Shown here: positions 1 through 10,688 of the stretch, piece by piece | Layout: each line of letters opens with the position of its first letter | Position numbering within the stretch: the first letter of the stretch is position 1 | Source of the DNA: Stramenopiles sp. TOSAG23-2 | Lineage: Eukaryota | Reading direction: 5' to 3' | Length of the DNA: 32,936 nucleotides | NCBI GenBank assembly: GCA_900128395.1 | Contig: LT649360.1 | Span: forward strand, 1 to 32,936 | Translations under genes and position numbers: made by a program | Notes under the pieces: generated by a model | What the model was told of the DNA's origin: nothing | The model's input: only the letters and a program-made list of their open reading frames with translations | The model's database searches: none

Positions 1-32
1 ATTGAAAAAGAAAGTCATATAAACGACCGCCA

Positions 33-1967
33 TTGTTGCTTCCGACTGGCGTACAACAACCACCTTTACTAATACCAACTCAAAATCACCCGCCACGTCC
101 ACCTTTACATGGCCCACCATTACTATTACTAAATAACCAGCTAGTGCATCATCCAAGCGTAATCCCTCCACCAAGACTGAATAATAACAATAGTAATTAT
201 AATAACAATAACAGGAATAACAACGACCGGAACTCACGTAATAGGCGTGGAGGACGTAATAATAATGACCATAACTATAATAATAGCAACAACAATAATA
301 ATCGTCTTTATCGTAATAATAATAATAATAATAATAACAACAACAACAACAACAACAATAATAACAAGAAAAAAAATAATAAGCGTAAATCAAAAAAAAC
401 TGGAGTAATAAATTCGAGGAGAGGACCAGTACAAAATGATAACCCAATGATAAACAAAAAGATGAGGAAACCAGGAAAAGCATTGCAGAAGATAATCCAC
501 GAACTATTGAAAGAATATACAGCATTGAGAAAAAGGAAAATAAACACCCTGAGCAAAGTAGGAAGAAAAAGAATTTCAGAACTAAAAAAATTTCATAAAG
601 CCAAAGGAGGAGGTAATATTAGAAGGGAAAAAGGTTTCAACTTAGCCAGAGAAGCACATCGGCTTTATAGTAGGAAACCAAAAAAGTCGGTATTGGCCCC
701 AACGGCAATTTCAAGTCCAACTTATGAATCATTTCCATCAATTGAGTCACCAGTACAATTTAATAATACCGACGGGGATACTAGTGATGGCAGTGATGAT
801 TTTGATAGTGATGATAATAATACCGACAGCAATTTTGATAATAGTAATAATGATATTTCAGTTGAAGGTATCGACTACGGAAACGATGATGACATCGACG
901 AAGATTTATTGAATATTCGTAGCAACACTAGTAATGAATTTACTGGCAGCAATAATAATTTTGATGCGTTAGAGAACGAAACAGATGACGAAGCGGAGGA
1001 ACTCTATGATGATTTGCATGAAAAAAATGATACAACAGCAACTAGCATTAATGATAGTAACAATACATCTAAAACCGAGGATGATAACGACGATGATGAT
1101 AATGATGATTACGACGATAATGATGAAGATGATGAGGACGATGATGATGCAGATGACGAAGATGATCTAAGTCTTGATGAATCCATGAAATCTTTGCGTC
1201 GCTCTAGTGGTGGACCGTCGCGTTTTTTTGAAGAAGCTGATATATCCATACGATGTTATCGCTGCGGTGGAGTTGGGCATATGGCAATGGAATGCGTCAA
1301 TGAACCATTACAACGTTGTTGTTTTCGATGTGGTGAAACTGGTCATGATTCTCGTAACTGTAAGAACGAAGTATGTTATAACTGTTTTGAAACTGGCCAT
1401 ATTGCGGCAAATTGCAAACAAGCTAGGAGAGGAACATTGGATGTAACAGAATTAAAAGACCCATTCAAAGGTTTGAAAGCACCGTTCAAGGAGCTAGAAA
1501 AGGTTAGATGTATGACTTGTGATAAATTAGGACATATTAATTGCGAAGAGGTGGTCGAATTTGGAGAGATCGAGATCTACTGTTATATGTGTGGCCAAAA
1601 AGGTCATGTGGGTACAGATTGTAGCAAGAATTATGGACGTCCTCAGAACAATGGATCATGGAGAAGGGGACAACAAGATAATGGATATAATAACAGATAT
1701 GCAAGGGATTTAAACTGTTATAAATGTGGAAATCAGGGACATATTGCAAGAGATTGTCCTCAAGTGTCATCGCGGAATAATAATAATGTAAATAAAAAAC
1801 GAGGCAGGCGATATTCCCCTAATCAGGACTATGGCTCTTATAATAATCGGAATAATAATCGTCCTAGTTTTTTTCAAAATGGGTATCGGAATGGACAAGG
1901 ACGTCAAAAGCGTTTTAAAAATTCAAATGGACGTGCTATTGGCAGAGGTGGACATTCTCGCAGATAA
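33..1967 (+). CDS. CCHC zinc-knuckle RNA-binding protein (Air1/Air2/ZCCHC7-like); 5' end uncertain or truncated
   Basis: Five CX2CX4HX4C knuckles (CYRCGGVGHMAMEC, CFRCGETGHDSRNC, CYNCFETGHIAANC, CYMCGQKGHVGTDC, CYKCGNQGHIARDC) plus a short variant (CMTCDKLGHINC); acidic and Asn-rich N-terminal half, RG-rich tail. The ORF-track start is TTG and an in-frame TGA lies at 3-5, so the true start is not clear. Confidence 0.75.
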   Translation: MLLPTGVQQPPLLIPTQNHPPRPPLHGPPLLLLNNQLVHHPSVIPPPRLNNNNSNYNNNNRNNNDRNSRNRRGGRNNNDHNYNNSNNNNNRLYRNNNNNNNNNNNNNNNNNKKKNNKRKSKKTGVINSRRGPVQNDNPMINKKMRKPGKALQKIIHELLKEYTALRKRKINTLSKVGRKRISELKKFHKAKGGGNIRREKGFNLAREAHRLYSRKPKKSVLAPTAISSPTYESFPSIESPVQFNNTDGDTSDGSDDFDSDDNNTDSNFDNSNNDISVEGIDYGNDDDIDEDLLNIRSNTSNEFTGSNNNFDALENETDDEAEELYDDLHEKNDTTATSINDSNNTSKTEDDNDDDDNDDYDDNDEDDEDDDDADDEDDLSLDESMKSLRRSSGGPSRFFEEADISIRCYRCGGVGHMAMECVNEPLQRCCFRCGETGHDSRNCKNEVCYNCFETGHIAANCKQARRGTLDVTELKDPFKGLKAPFKELEKVRCMTCDKLGHINCEEVVEFGEIEIYCYMCGQKGHVGTDCSKNYGRPQNNGSWRRGQQDNGYNNRYARDLNCYKCGNQGHIARDCPQVSSRNNNNVNKKRGRRYSPNQDYGSYNNRNNNRPSFFQNGYRNGQGRQKRFKNSNGRAIGRGGHSRR

Positions 1968-2342
1968 AAAAGCTTCTTCTCTATCTATTCAATATACACA
2001 TGTATGCATCATTTAAGATATGAATGTAATATTAGAATATTTTGAAATTTAATTTGTAAAAGAATATTTTTGTAAAATATACATCATCATATCCGGTAAG
2101 TAGCGAAAAGAGATTACGAAAATGCACTTTTAATGCCAGGAATGCTCTTTATTTAGCTTTATAATTATTTTTTTTTAAAAGTACGAGTAATAATTTAAAT
2201 TGTGCGTATTTTAATACGAATATAAATTAAATTATATTATATCTTATTGGTTCACGTTCGGCGTAGAACGTAGAAATCATGAAAACATGATAGCTTTGTT
2301 TTATACTTAAAGTTATCGTTAGTATACGAAAACCCCGCTTTA

Positions 2343-2915
2343 CATTTTTGGTATTGTAAATAGTATTTCACACCTATCTAATCTGTACTTATCCAGTTGC
2401 TGAGATCATCAATTCACAAAAACTACTAAAATTATTGATCATTTATATGACCTCTGAATATATATGACTATTGTACACATTGCAACATACAGAGATCGTA
2501 TTTCACACCTATCTAATCTGTACTTATCCAGTTGCTGAGATCATCAATTCACAAAAACTACTAAAATTATTGATCATTTATATGACCTCTGAATATATAT
2601 GACTATTGTACACATTGCAACATACAGAGATCATAATATACCATGATAAAAACACAGAACATTATAATAACCAAGAACGATTGATATACAATTGAACACA
2701 TATTGACAAAGATAAAGATAGTACCGTATAAAAAGACAATTGAAAACGTACCGTATATAAAACACACATAGTTGATTAATCATGGCGTCGTTAACAGTCG
2801 AAACATGGCAATGTGATGCATGTGGTAAAGAAAGTATTACAAAAGAAAACGTACCGTATATAAAACACACATAGTTGATTAATCATGGCGTCGTTAACAG
2901 TCGAAACATGGCAAT
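2343..2915 (+). repeat. Dispersed repeat copy A (~340 bp upstream region ending in ATG-GCG-TCG-TTA..., MASLTVETWQC), inflated by two exact internal tandem duplications
   Basis: Reverse complement matches 3799-4131 and 10687-11036; internal exact duplications with periods of 135 bp (2363/2498) and 103 bp (2742/2845). Confidence 0.9.
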
Positions 2916-3160
2916 GTGATGCATGTGGTAAAGAAAGTATTACAAAATTACAAGGTTGTGGAGGATGTAAAAGTGTATATTATTGTGATAAAAAATGCCA
3001 AAAACGCCACTGGAATGCTGGTCATAAAAACGAATGCAAAGTGATGAAATTGGAGAAAAGTCAAAAGAAGTTTGAAACATGTATGGAAAAAGGTAAATTA
3101 CAAAGTGATGAATACAAATTGAAAGGCAGAAGCAGAAAAACAACTAGAAGCATCTGGTAG
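2885..3160 (+). CDS. MYND zinc-finger protein, N-terminal fragment
   Basis: CDACGK...LQGCGGCKSVYYCDKKCQKRHWNAGHKNEC is a canonical zf-MYND; the ORF runs into unrelated RCC1-like sequence at about 3123 and stops. Confidence 0.8.
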   Translation: MASLTVETWQCDACGKESITKLQGCGGCKSVYYCDKKCQKRHWNAGHKNECKVMKLEKSQKKFETCMEKGKLQSDEYKLKGRSRKTTRSIW

Positions 3161-3805
3161 TGTATATGTTGTCGGTGATAATAGCAATGGCCAATTAGGA
3201 TTAGGAGATTATGATCCCAGGGAAGATTTTACATGTATTTTACAATTGCGTGGACGAAAAGTGCGATGGTTATGGGGTCCGTTGGATTCTGATTTATTTT
3301 TTGCTCGAACAGAGGATGGGCAAGTCTTAGCTTGGGGTTGGGGACAAGGTGCTCCATTTTTTGGTTTAGCGACAAAAGCCGTTCAAGATGAGGCTGTTTT
3401 AGATGTACAAAAAGTATCACCACACGTATCTCCAAGTGGTCGTATTGTTGGTGGATTAGAAGCAATGTTTGGTGCGAAAGAAAATATGGATAAAAATGGA
3501 AAGACGGGAAATGGTGGAGAATTGTTAATGATTGGTGGAGGAGATAAAGGTGGGGATAATAATAATAATAATAATAATAATAATGTAAATAGACAATTGG
3601 CATTAAACACGTCTGATAATGAAAATGAAAGTACTGATGATGATGACGACGACGACGACGATGACGATGACGATAGTGTATTTACAACAATGGTTGAACG
3701 TAGTAGAGTCGTACAAGATATGCAAAAGAAAACACCATATGAAATACGATTTAACGAACCTACTTTTTTAGAAATTTTTGATGGTGAATCAATTGATGAT
3801 GTTTC
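3123..3805 (+). pseudogene. RCC1-repeat protein internal fragment (no start, truncated at repeat copy B)
   Basis: Open frame after TGA at 3120 reads GSVYVVGDNSNGQLGLGD...LQLRGRKV...ARTEDGQVLAWGWG...EPTFLEIFDGESIDDVS, typical RCC1 blade motifs. ORF-track residues beyond ~3805 are antisense repeat sequence. Confidence 0.7.
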
Positions 3806-4226
3806 GACTGTTAACGACGCCATGATTAATCAACTATGTGTTTTTATATACAGTACGTTTTCAATTGTTTTTTTATACAGTACTATCTTTATCTTTGTCA
3901 ATATGTGTTCAATTGTATATCAATTGTTGTTGATTATTATAATGTCTCTTTCTGTTTTTATCATTGTATATATAGATCTCTGTATGTTGCAATGTGTACA
4001 ATAGTCATATATATTCAGAGGTCATATAAATGATCAATAATTTTAGTAGTAGTTTTTGTGAATTGATGATCTCAGCAACTGGATAAGTACAGATTAGATA
4101 GGTGTGAAATACTATTTACAATAACAAAAATGAGGAGTATAAAACACATCTCAGCAACTGGATAAGTACAGATTAGATAGGTGTGAAATACTATTTACAA
4201 TAACAAAAATGAGGAGTATAAAACAC
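3799..4226 (-). repeat. Dispersed repeat copy B (inverted relative to copy A), with a 79-bp exact terminal duplication
   Basis: atgtttcgactgttaacgacgccatgattaatc...gatctcagcaactggataagtacagattagataggtgtgaaatactatttacaata; duplicated unit starts at 4069 and 4148. Confidence 0.9.
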
Positions 4227-4404
4227 CTTAAATATGTAAAAAAAAAAAGTATAAAGTATGTGAAGAAAGAATAAAAATATATTTCATACGCACACACATA
4301 CGAGTTCGTACGAACTTTTGTTGAAAAATATTCGTAGTTTTTTTAAAAATATAATATCTTGGAGATGTAATTAATATCATACTCTGTATCTTTTTTTTAT
4401 AATA

Positions 4405-5541
4405 TCATAAATTTTTCTTCTTCTTTTCATTTCTCCTCTTTTTTTTCCTTTCGATATGAGAAAATATACGATGTAACACTACATTAAGTTCTCCAGTGGG
4501 ATTGTCTTCAATATATGCCTGCAAATTGTCATATCCAAGTTTATTTAACACATTATCAATATCCATTATTTTAAATGGATGAACGTCTCTTGTTTCTTCC
4601 CATTCTCCAAAAGCATTCCATGCGATTGTAATTCTAGGTTCATCCGCAGATTCATGTGTAGGTAACACTGTATGCCGAAGCCATGGTGGAAACATGATAA
4701 ATTCACCTTCTTTTGGGTGTAATATAATATCTTCATGAAATGCGCTTCTTGGATCATGCAATATGATCCCTCCAGCACCTGGTGGCATCTTCACATAATA
4801 TACCGCCGATAAACCAGCTTCAGGATGATCATGTTCTAAGTGACAACTGCAATCTGCATGAACAGTGGCCCATGGATATATCGCTATTTGATCCAATGCA
4901 TCATCTGTATCTTTTGCAAGTTTCTTTTCAATTAATTTTTCAACCAATTCACTCTCTGAAAGTACATCCGTTTTACCATATTTAACATAAAGATCGTACA
5001 ACTTTGAAGCCATTTCTTCAAATATTTGAAATTCTACTTTTGGTAATAAGTATTCTTCGTATCCACCCTCCATTTGAAATTCGAAAAAATTGTTATTAAT
5101 TTCTCCAATGGAATCCTGACATGGTCTGGATGGTATCTTTTTATTAACATTGTTAGCTAACTTTTTTAATTTTGAACCAAATTGTTTTACAAATTTATCA
5201 TGTAAATTTAATATTGATGATGATAAATTCACATTCAATGAAGATATATTCATATTTGTTAATTTACTTCCATGGAGGCGTAAAATTGGTACTCCCCAAT
5301 ACAATTGCATATTGCCATTACCATTTAATATAGAGATATCATCCAATGGTTCTTGTTCATCTTTTTCTGAATTTTTTATTGATTCATGTATTTTTCCAAA
5401 ATCTTTTAGTTCATCATCAGCTGCAAAGACACTGAAATTAGCAATTGACAAAAATATTGATAAAATCAATAATATAACAATCCATTTATTTATTTTCTTA
5501 TTTATCATGGTTTTAATGTTTATTTTGAAATGTTTAAACAA
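4405..5541 (-). CDS. Secreted 2OG-Fe(II) oxygenase (TIGR02466 / 2OG-FeII_Oxy_5-like)
   Basis: Hydrophobic signal peptide (WIVILLILSIFLSIANFSVFA); HDHPEAGLSAVYYV, HDPR, PKEGEFIMFPPWLRHTV and EPRITIAWN motifs. The real start may be the downstream Met (MINKK). Confidence 0.8.
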   Translation of the reverse strand: MFKHFKINIKTMINKKINKWIVILLILSIFLSIANFSVFAADDELKDFGKIHESIKNSEKDEQEPLDDISILNGNGNMQLYWGVPILRLHGSKLTNMNISSLNVNLSSSILNLHDKFVKQFGSKLKKLANNVNKKIPSRPCQDSIGEINNNFFEFQMEGGYEEYLLPKVEFQIFEEMASKLYDLYVKYGKTDVLSESELVEKLIEKKLAKDTDDALDQIAIYPWATVHADCSCHLEHDHPEAGLSAVYYVKMPPGAGGIILHDPRSAFHEDIILHPKEGEFIMFPPWLRHTVLPTHESADEPRITIAWNAFGEWEETRDVHPFKIMDIDNVLNKLGYDNLQAYIEDNPTGELNVVLHRIFSHIERKKKRRNEKKKKNL

Positions 5542-5999
5542 TATAATATTTCTGATATTATTAAATTGTGTTTTATTTGTATGAATAGGTGGAGGAAGGA
5601 TAATGTGGTATGGTGGTATTAAAAGTATAATAGGTGTATCTTTATTAGCACATTAATGAAATATTATTGATCTTTTCATTCATCTTACTCCGAGGTTGAA
5701 AAATATTTCCGCAAAGTGATTTTGATTTTGCCATCTCATTTAAATTTCTCATTTCATATACTTTCCAATCAAAATATATACCACGTATAGTCTATCAAGT
5801 ATAATATTAATATGTTGAAATAGCACTGGAGTGAATTATAAAAATAAAACTAGACGTTATAATTAAAATGATGTATTATAGTAAAAACTAAACCAAATTG
5901 GTCTAAGAAAATAAGTATAGATATATATAGAAATCAAATATCAGCCATTTCTCATTCTGTTTTAAAAAATAGAAAGAAAGACATTAAATCTTAGTAAAT

Positions 6000-6992
6000 A
6001 TGTCATCAAAACAAACACGATCGTCTTCATCATCATCGAATTCCAATACAAAAAAGAGATCAAAAGGTACAGATGCACTTGCTGTAGTTGGTAAAAAAAC
6101 GGAAATTGATGATTCGACGTTAGCAGCAGAAAATTTTTTTGGTAGTAAAGATTCAAGTGTTCGTGAAAATTTACCAGCGATGAATGTTTTTCCAGTCGGT
6201 CCATCGCGAATTAATTGCATGATTATGTTAGATGTTAGGGAAAAACCTGCAAGATTAAATATAGTGAATCCAGGCGCAGATTTTGAAGAAATTATTGCAG
6301 AATTGAAAAGTATGGCAGCTGACATTGGTGCAACAACTATTAAACTTGATTATATTTTTATAACACATGCACATATAAATACGTTTGCAGTTGCAAATCA
6401 ATTATTAAAATTAGGAGATGGATCTGGGCATATTGTTTTACATGAACGAGACGCCTTTTTATGGGATCGATGGGAAACACAAGCAACAGAATTAGGACTG
6501 GATGATCTAGTAGAAGGTAATGATGATCATACTATAGGAAAACCAACAAAGTTATTAACTGAACCAGTAACAACGTTAAAATCAGGGGAAACAACTATCC
6601 GATGTTTACATACACCAGGCGTATCACCTGGATCAACATGTTTTTTCTTTGAAGAATTGGAAGTATGTTATACCGGATGTGTATTATTAGCAAATGCTAT
6701 TGGGCGTACTACTTGGATTGGAATTAAATCCTTACATCTAACTGCAAATGCACGTGTCTTAAGACGTTCCATTGATGAAATTTTAATTGATCAATTGGAT
6801 CCTGATGTACAAATAGTACCAAGTTTTGGTCCATTGTCTAGTTTAAGAAATGAAGTTCATATGAATGGCCATTTAAAAATATTATCAAGTCGATGGAATG
6901 CATATAATGATGTACAAGAAGAAATCAAACGACGTTTAAGGGCACAAGAAAAATTAGCAGAAGATCCATATGGAGATGGTTTGCCATTTTAA
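6000..6992 (+). CDS. Metallo-beta-lactamase-fold protein (glyoxalase II/YcbL-like) with degenerate metal ligands
   Basis: Family-like segments VGPSRINC, IVNPG, IFITHAHINT, HERDAFLW, LHTPGVSPGS, YTGCVL, IGRT and VPSFGP, in the expected order. Confidence 0.8.
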   Translation: MSSKQTRSSSSSSNSNTKKRSKGTDALAVVGKKTEIDDSTLAAENFFGSKDSSVRENLPAMNVFPVGPSRINCMIMLDVREKPARLNIVNPGADFEEIIAELKSMAADIGATTIKLDYIFITHAHINTFAVANQLLKLGDGSGHIVLHERDAFLWDRWETQATELGLDDLVEGNDDHTIGKPTKLLTEPVTTLKSGETTIRCLHTPGVSPGSTCFFFEELEVCYTGCVLLANAIGRTTWIGIKSLHLTANARVLRRSIDEILIDQLDPDVQIVPSFGPLSSLRNEVHMNGHLKILSSRWNAYNDVQEEIKRRLRAQEKLAEDPYGDGLPF

Positions 6993-7212
6993 AAAAAGTG
7001 TATTGAAATGAGATCTAGTGTGTGTGGTACTAAAAGTGTGTGTATTTTTATGATATCTTTTTTATAATATATTACGAAGTATTATATTTAGCTTTAAAGT
7101 TTTAGTCGACAACATATGCATATATCATATATATATTGTATGGTATAAATGAGAGATACTCTCCTAAACACAATATATATATTACTTCTCGTATATCTCT
7201 TCACACATCATA

Positions 7213-8634
7213 CTAATCATGATAATGATTGTGTGGCAATAACTTTTCAGAGACATCATTATTCAAAAATGATACGTGTTCATCTTCATGTGAATCATGG
7301 GCATGACCATGCTGCCCATGGGAATGCCCGTGATGATCATGGTGATCATGATCCGACTCATCATCTGATACATTAGTTGATGATAATAATTTAATTTCAT
7401 TTTCTTCCTCCATCACACATTTGAATGAATTTACTTTCTCACAATTTTCAATCTCCTCCGGTCCCTGTTCCACTTGAATCGTAGTATGTCGGATATTAAA
7501 TTCCATGGCAATATCTTGCGCAGCACGTAATGCTTTCGCTTTATCCGTTGCAACAATATGTACAGTTAATGCTAATTTCCCTGACGCATTCAATGGCCAT
7601 AAGTGCAAATCATGAACATCTTCAATACAATCTACTTTATATAATTTTGTATATACTTTTTTTGACATATTTGATGGTGCAGCATTTAATAAAATTTTAA
7701 ATCCTTGTTTTAAAATACCAGGTGTAGTTGCTAATACAATTGCACCAAATACGAATGAACAGATTGGATCAGCAATTTTCCATTCAGGATTGTACCAAAT
7801 TAAACCAGCTGCAATCATAACACCAAAACTTTGTAAACCATCACCCAATACATGGATAAATGCACTTCTCACAGCTATGCTACCACTATCAATATCATCA
7901 TCGTGTTCATCTCCATGGTGACCATCATTAAAATGTGAATGACCATGGGAATGCCCATGTTCACAATTATTATCCTCACTACCAGGCAAACCACCATGAC
8001 TATGGCCATGCCCTGATTGAATCAATATCACCCCCATGATAAGATTGACGAGTAAACCACATGATGCAATAATAAACATGTAAAAACCATCCACATCTTC
8101 TGGATGCAAAACACGTAATACAGCGTTATAAACAATAATTCCAGTCAGTAACCATAATAAAAGTACACTAAAAATAGCACCTAGAATTTCTGCACGTTGA
8201 TATCCATATGTATATTTTAAATTCGTAGGTCGCTGTGCTACATATAATCCCATCAATGCCATGGCAAATCCAGCACAATCTGCTAATAAATGTGCTGCAT
8301 CAGACATAATAGCAAGAGAACCTACATAAAAACCTCCCGCTGCTTCCACTAACATGAATAAAAAACAAAAAGTAGATGCACATAAAAGCTGACGACGAGC
8401 TTTTTCATATTTACGCCTTTCCACCGTTTTAGCATCCTCTTTATAATGATTTAATAATAAAGTCGTTGCGGATGGATTTGATGAATTAGAATGATTAATA
8501 CTATGTGTCTTATGGTGGTGTTTGTTGTTATTGGAATGCTTTGCTGTTCCATAGTCTGAATGTCCATGTTCTCCGTGACTATGTCCATGATGTTCATGGC
8601 CATGACCATGATGTTTTTTATTATTGTTCTCCAT
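7213..8634 (-). CDS. Cation diffusion facilitator zinc transporter (ZnT2/SLC30A, MTP1-like)
   Basis: SLAIMSDAAHLLAD (TM2), TYGYQRAEILGA, His-rich loop, RSAFIHVLGD (TM5), ADPICS, VHDLHLWPL, HTTIQVE. Confidence 0.93.
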   Translation of the reverse strand: MENNNKKHHGHGHEHHGHSHGEHGHSDYGTAKHSNNNKHHHKTHSINHSNSSNPSATTLLLNHYKEDAKTVERRKYEKARRQLLCASTFCFLFMLVEAAGGFYVGSLAIMSDAAHLLADCAGFAMALMGLYVAQRPTNLKYTYGYQRAEILGAIFSVLLLWLLTGIIVYNAVLRVLHPEDVDGFYMFIIASCGLLVNLIMGVILIQSGHGHSHGGLPGSEDNNCEHGHSHGHSHFNDGHHGDEHDDDIDSGSIAVRSAFIHVLGDGLQSFGVMIAAGLIWYNPEWKIADPICSFVFGAIVLATTPGILKQGFKILLNAAPSNMSKKVYTKLYKVDCIEDVHDLHLWPLNASGKLALTVHIVATDKAKALRAAQDIAMEFNIRHTTIQVEQGPEEIENCEKVNSFKCVMEEENEIKLLSSTNVSDDESDHDHHDHHGHSHGQHGHAHDSHEDEHVSFLNNDVSEKLLPHNHYHD

Positions 8635-9156
8635 CGTGTTAATTCTGAAAGTGTGTAATATATATTGTTTGTTTTCTTCCTATGTACACATTAATGATAT
8701 TATTACCACGTACACAAAACGAAGAGATTTGATTCTTCCACTATACTGATAGATACCTTCTTTCGTGTTTGTTTATAATCATTTTTCAAAAAATATTATT
8801 TATTTATTGTATTTGTGGTAGACAAAAAAAAAAGAAAAAAAGAATGATGAATTCAAAACGATGATGATGATTTAGATTCTAATTCTCCTACATGGTGTGT
8901 CCTGCCTATTTTGCAAAAATCTGAACCGAGATGGCGAAATGTCGAAATGGCCGATGAATTATTTTGCTGGTTTTTTTGTGTTTTAGAGTTTTTTTTTGAT
9001 GAGTTATTATTACTGTATTATTGAATTTTATTATTAATAATTAAATATAATTGAAAAGCATAAAAGCATTTCCAAAGAGTTAACAAAAAAGAATTATTCA
9101 GTATTGCTTGATTAATTACGTTATCCTTATATGTATTTTCTATACGATTATTCAAA

Positions 9157-10194
9157 ATGCAATCAATAACATTGAATAATATAACGATACAACATTTAAT
9201 TGGTAAAGGAAAATATGGGGAGGTATATAAATGTAATAATAATGAGGGAAATAATAATATTGAATCTTATGCAATTAAAAAAATTAATAGAAAACAAGTG
9301 TCAAAAACAAAATCACAAATACAACATATATTTGCTGAAAAACAATGTTTAATGGAATGTACAGATTGTAAATATATTGTCAATTTAATTCAAACTCTTA
9401 AAGATGACGAATTTTTATATTTTTTAATGGAATTAATTGATGGTGAGCCCTTATTTCATTTTCTTCGAAATATATCTACATTAAAAATGATTCAAAATAA
9501 TTTTCAAATTCAACAACAAATAGGATATGAGATTTTATTAGCATTAGAATTTGTACATAAGAAAGGATTTCTATACCGCGATTTAAAGGCTAGTAATGTG
9601 TTGTTAGATTATAACGGGCATATAAAATTAATCGATTTTGGATATTCCAAAAAAATAGATGATGACAATCGTGCAAGTACTTTTTTAGGAACGTTACATT
9701 CGATGTCGCCAGAGATTTTATCTCCTGATGTTGATATTGAATATGGATATGAAGTTGACCATTGGGCTTTTGGTGTTATTATATATGAATTATTTATAGG
9801 TAAACCACCATATATAACCAATTCAAGAGAGGAAATGTTAAAAATTGCAAAAACAAGTTATGAAGAAATTATGGAAAAAGAATTTCAAACGATCGTAGAT
9901 GAAAAAGAAGGACAGGATAGTTCAGAAATATTTGCATCAAATGTATTGAATATTAAAGATTTATTAAATAAGATATGGAAACAAGTACCGAAGGAAAGAC
10001 TTGGATATTTGAATGGATTTGATGAGATGAAAAAACATCCATATTTCATGAATTATGACATCAATTCAGTAAATTCAAATATAGCAATGATAAATATGAT
10101 TAATGAATATAAACAAGTTCATGGTGGAGGAAATGATAAGAAGGATGTGATGTTAAATGAAAGTGTTGATCAAGAATTGTTTAAAGGTTTTTAA
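9157..10194 (+). CDS. AGC-family Ser/Thr protein kinase
   Basis: IGKGKYGEV, YAIKK, YRDLKASN, LIDFG, GTLHSMSPE, DHWAFGVIIYE, ERLG...HPYF, and a terminal FxxF motif (ELFKGF) as in PKA catalytic subunits. Confidence 0.92.
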   Translation: MQSITLNNITIQHLIGKGKYGEVYKCNNNEGNNNIESYAIKKINRKQVSKTKSQIQHIFAEKQCLMECTDCKYIVNLIQTLKDDEFLYFLMELIDGEPLFHFLRNISTLKMIQNNFQIQQQIGYEILLALEFVHKKGFLYRDLKASNVLLDYNGHIKLIDFGYSKKIDDDNRASTFLGTLHSMSPEILSPDVDIEYGYEVDHWAFGVIIYELFIGKPPYITNSREEMLKIAKTSYEEIMEKEFQTIVDEKEGQDSSEIFASNVLNIKDLLNKIWKQVPKERLGYLNGFDEMKKHPYFMNYDINSVNSNIAMINMINEYKQVHGGGNDKKDVMLNESVDQELFKGF

Positions 10195-10397
10195 AATCTT
10201 CGGTAAAATAAGATATTATGACATACGCTTCGTACGAAATATTATATATCATAAAATATTTTATACGAACGTTCGTATAAAATATAATATATCATAGTCG
10301 GATAGTATAAAATAAATACGCGTGTTATATTATTTTATATTTTAATTATTTGCGTTTATTTGATCTACCGTTTTTAGTCTTTTAGATAAAAACTAGT

Positions 10398-10688
10398 TTA
10401 CCACTTCCGAATCGGTTCATTTAAATATCGTTTCATAATATCACGCTTGCCATCCAATTTCAAGTTTCTACATGCATATATAAAGAAACGTTCCCACTCT
10501 TCAATTGCTAATGTCGATTGAAACAATTTGCTTTTTGCATTTAAGATGTCTATTCTTACTTGATCTTTTTCTTCTTGAGTATTTGATGCGAGTTTTATTG
10601 CTAAATTTATATATTCTTCCAATGAGTAACTAATAAAACGACTTCCCATGTCCATAGCTCTATAAAATGATAATGTTAATCTTCCTAC
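10398..10688 (-). pseudogene. C-terminal fragment of a GT41 (O-GlcNAc transferase/SPINDLY-like) glycosyltransferase
   Basis: Reads VGRLTLSFYRAMDMGSRFISYSLEEYINLAIKLAS...RIDIL...KLF...EWERF, resembling the GT41 C-terminus; upstream sequence is replaced by repeat copy C. Confidence 0.65.

Noticed and set aside
3806-4033. Hydrophobic 'transmembrane' ORFs (tail of 3246-4004, 3836-4033, 2631-2870, 10667-10972)
   Set aside because: They are antisense translations of the AT-rich dispersed cassette, and frames are not conserved between copies because of indels.
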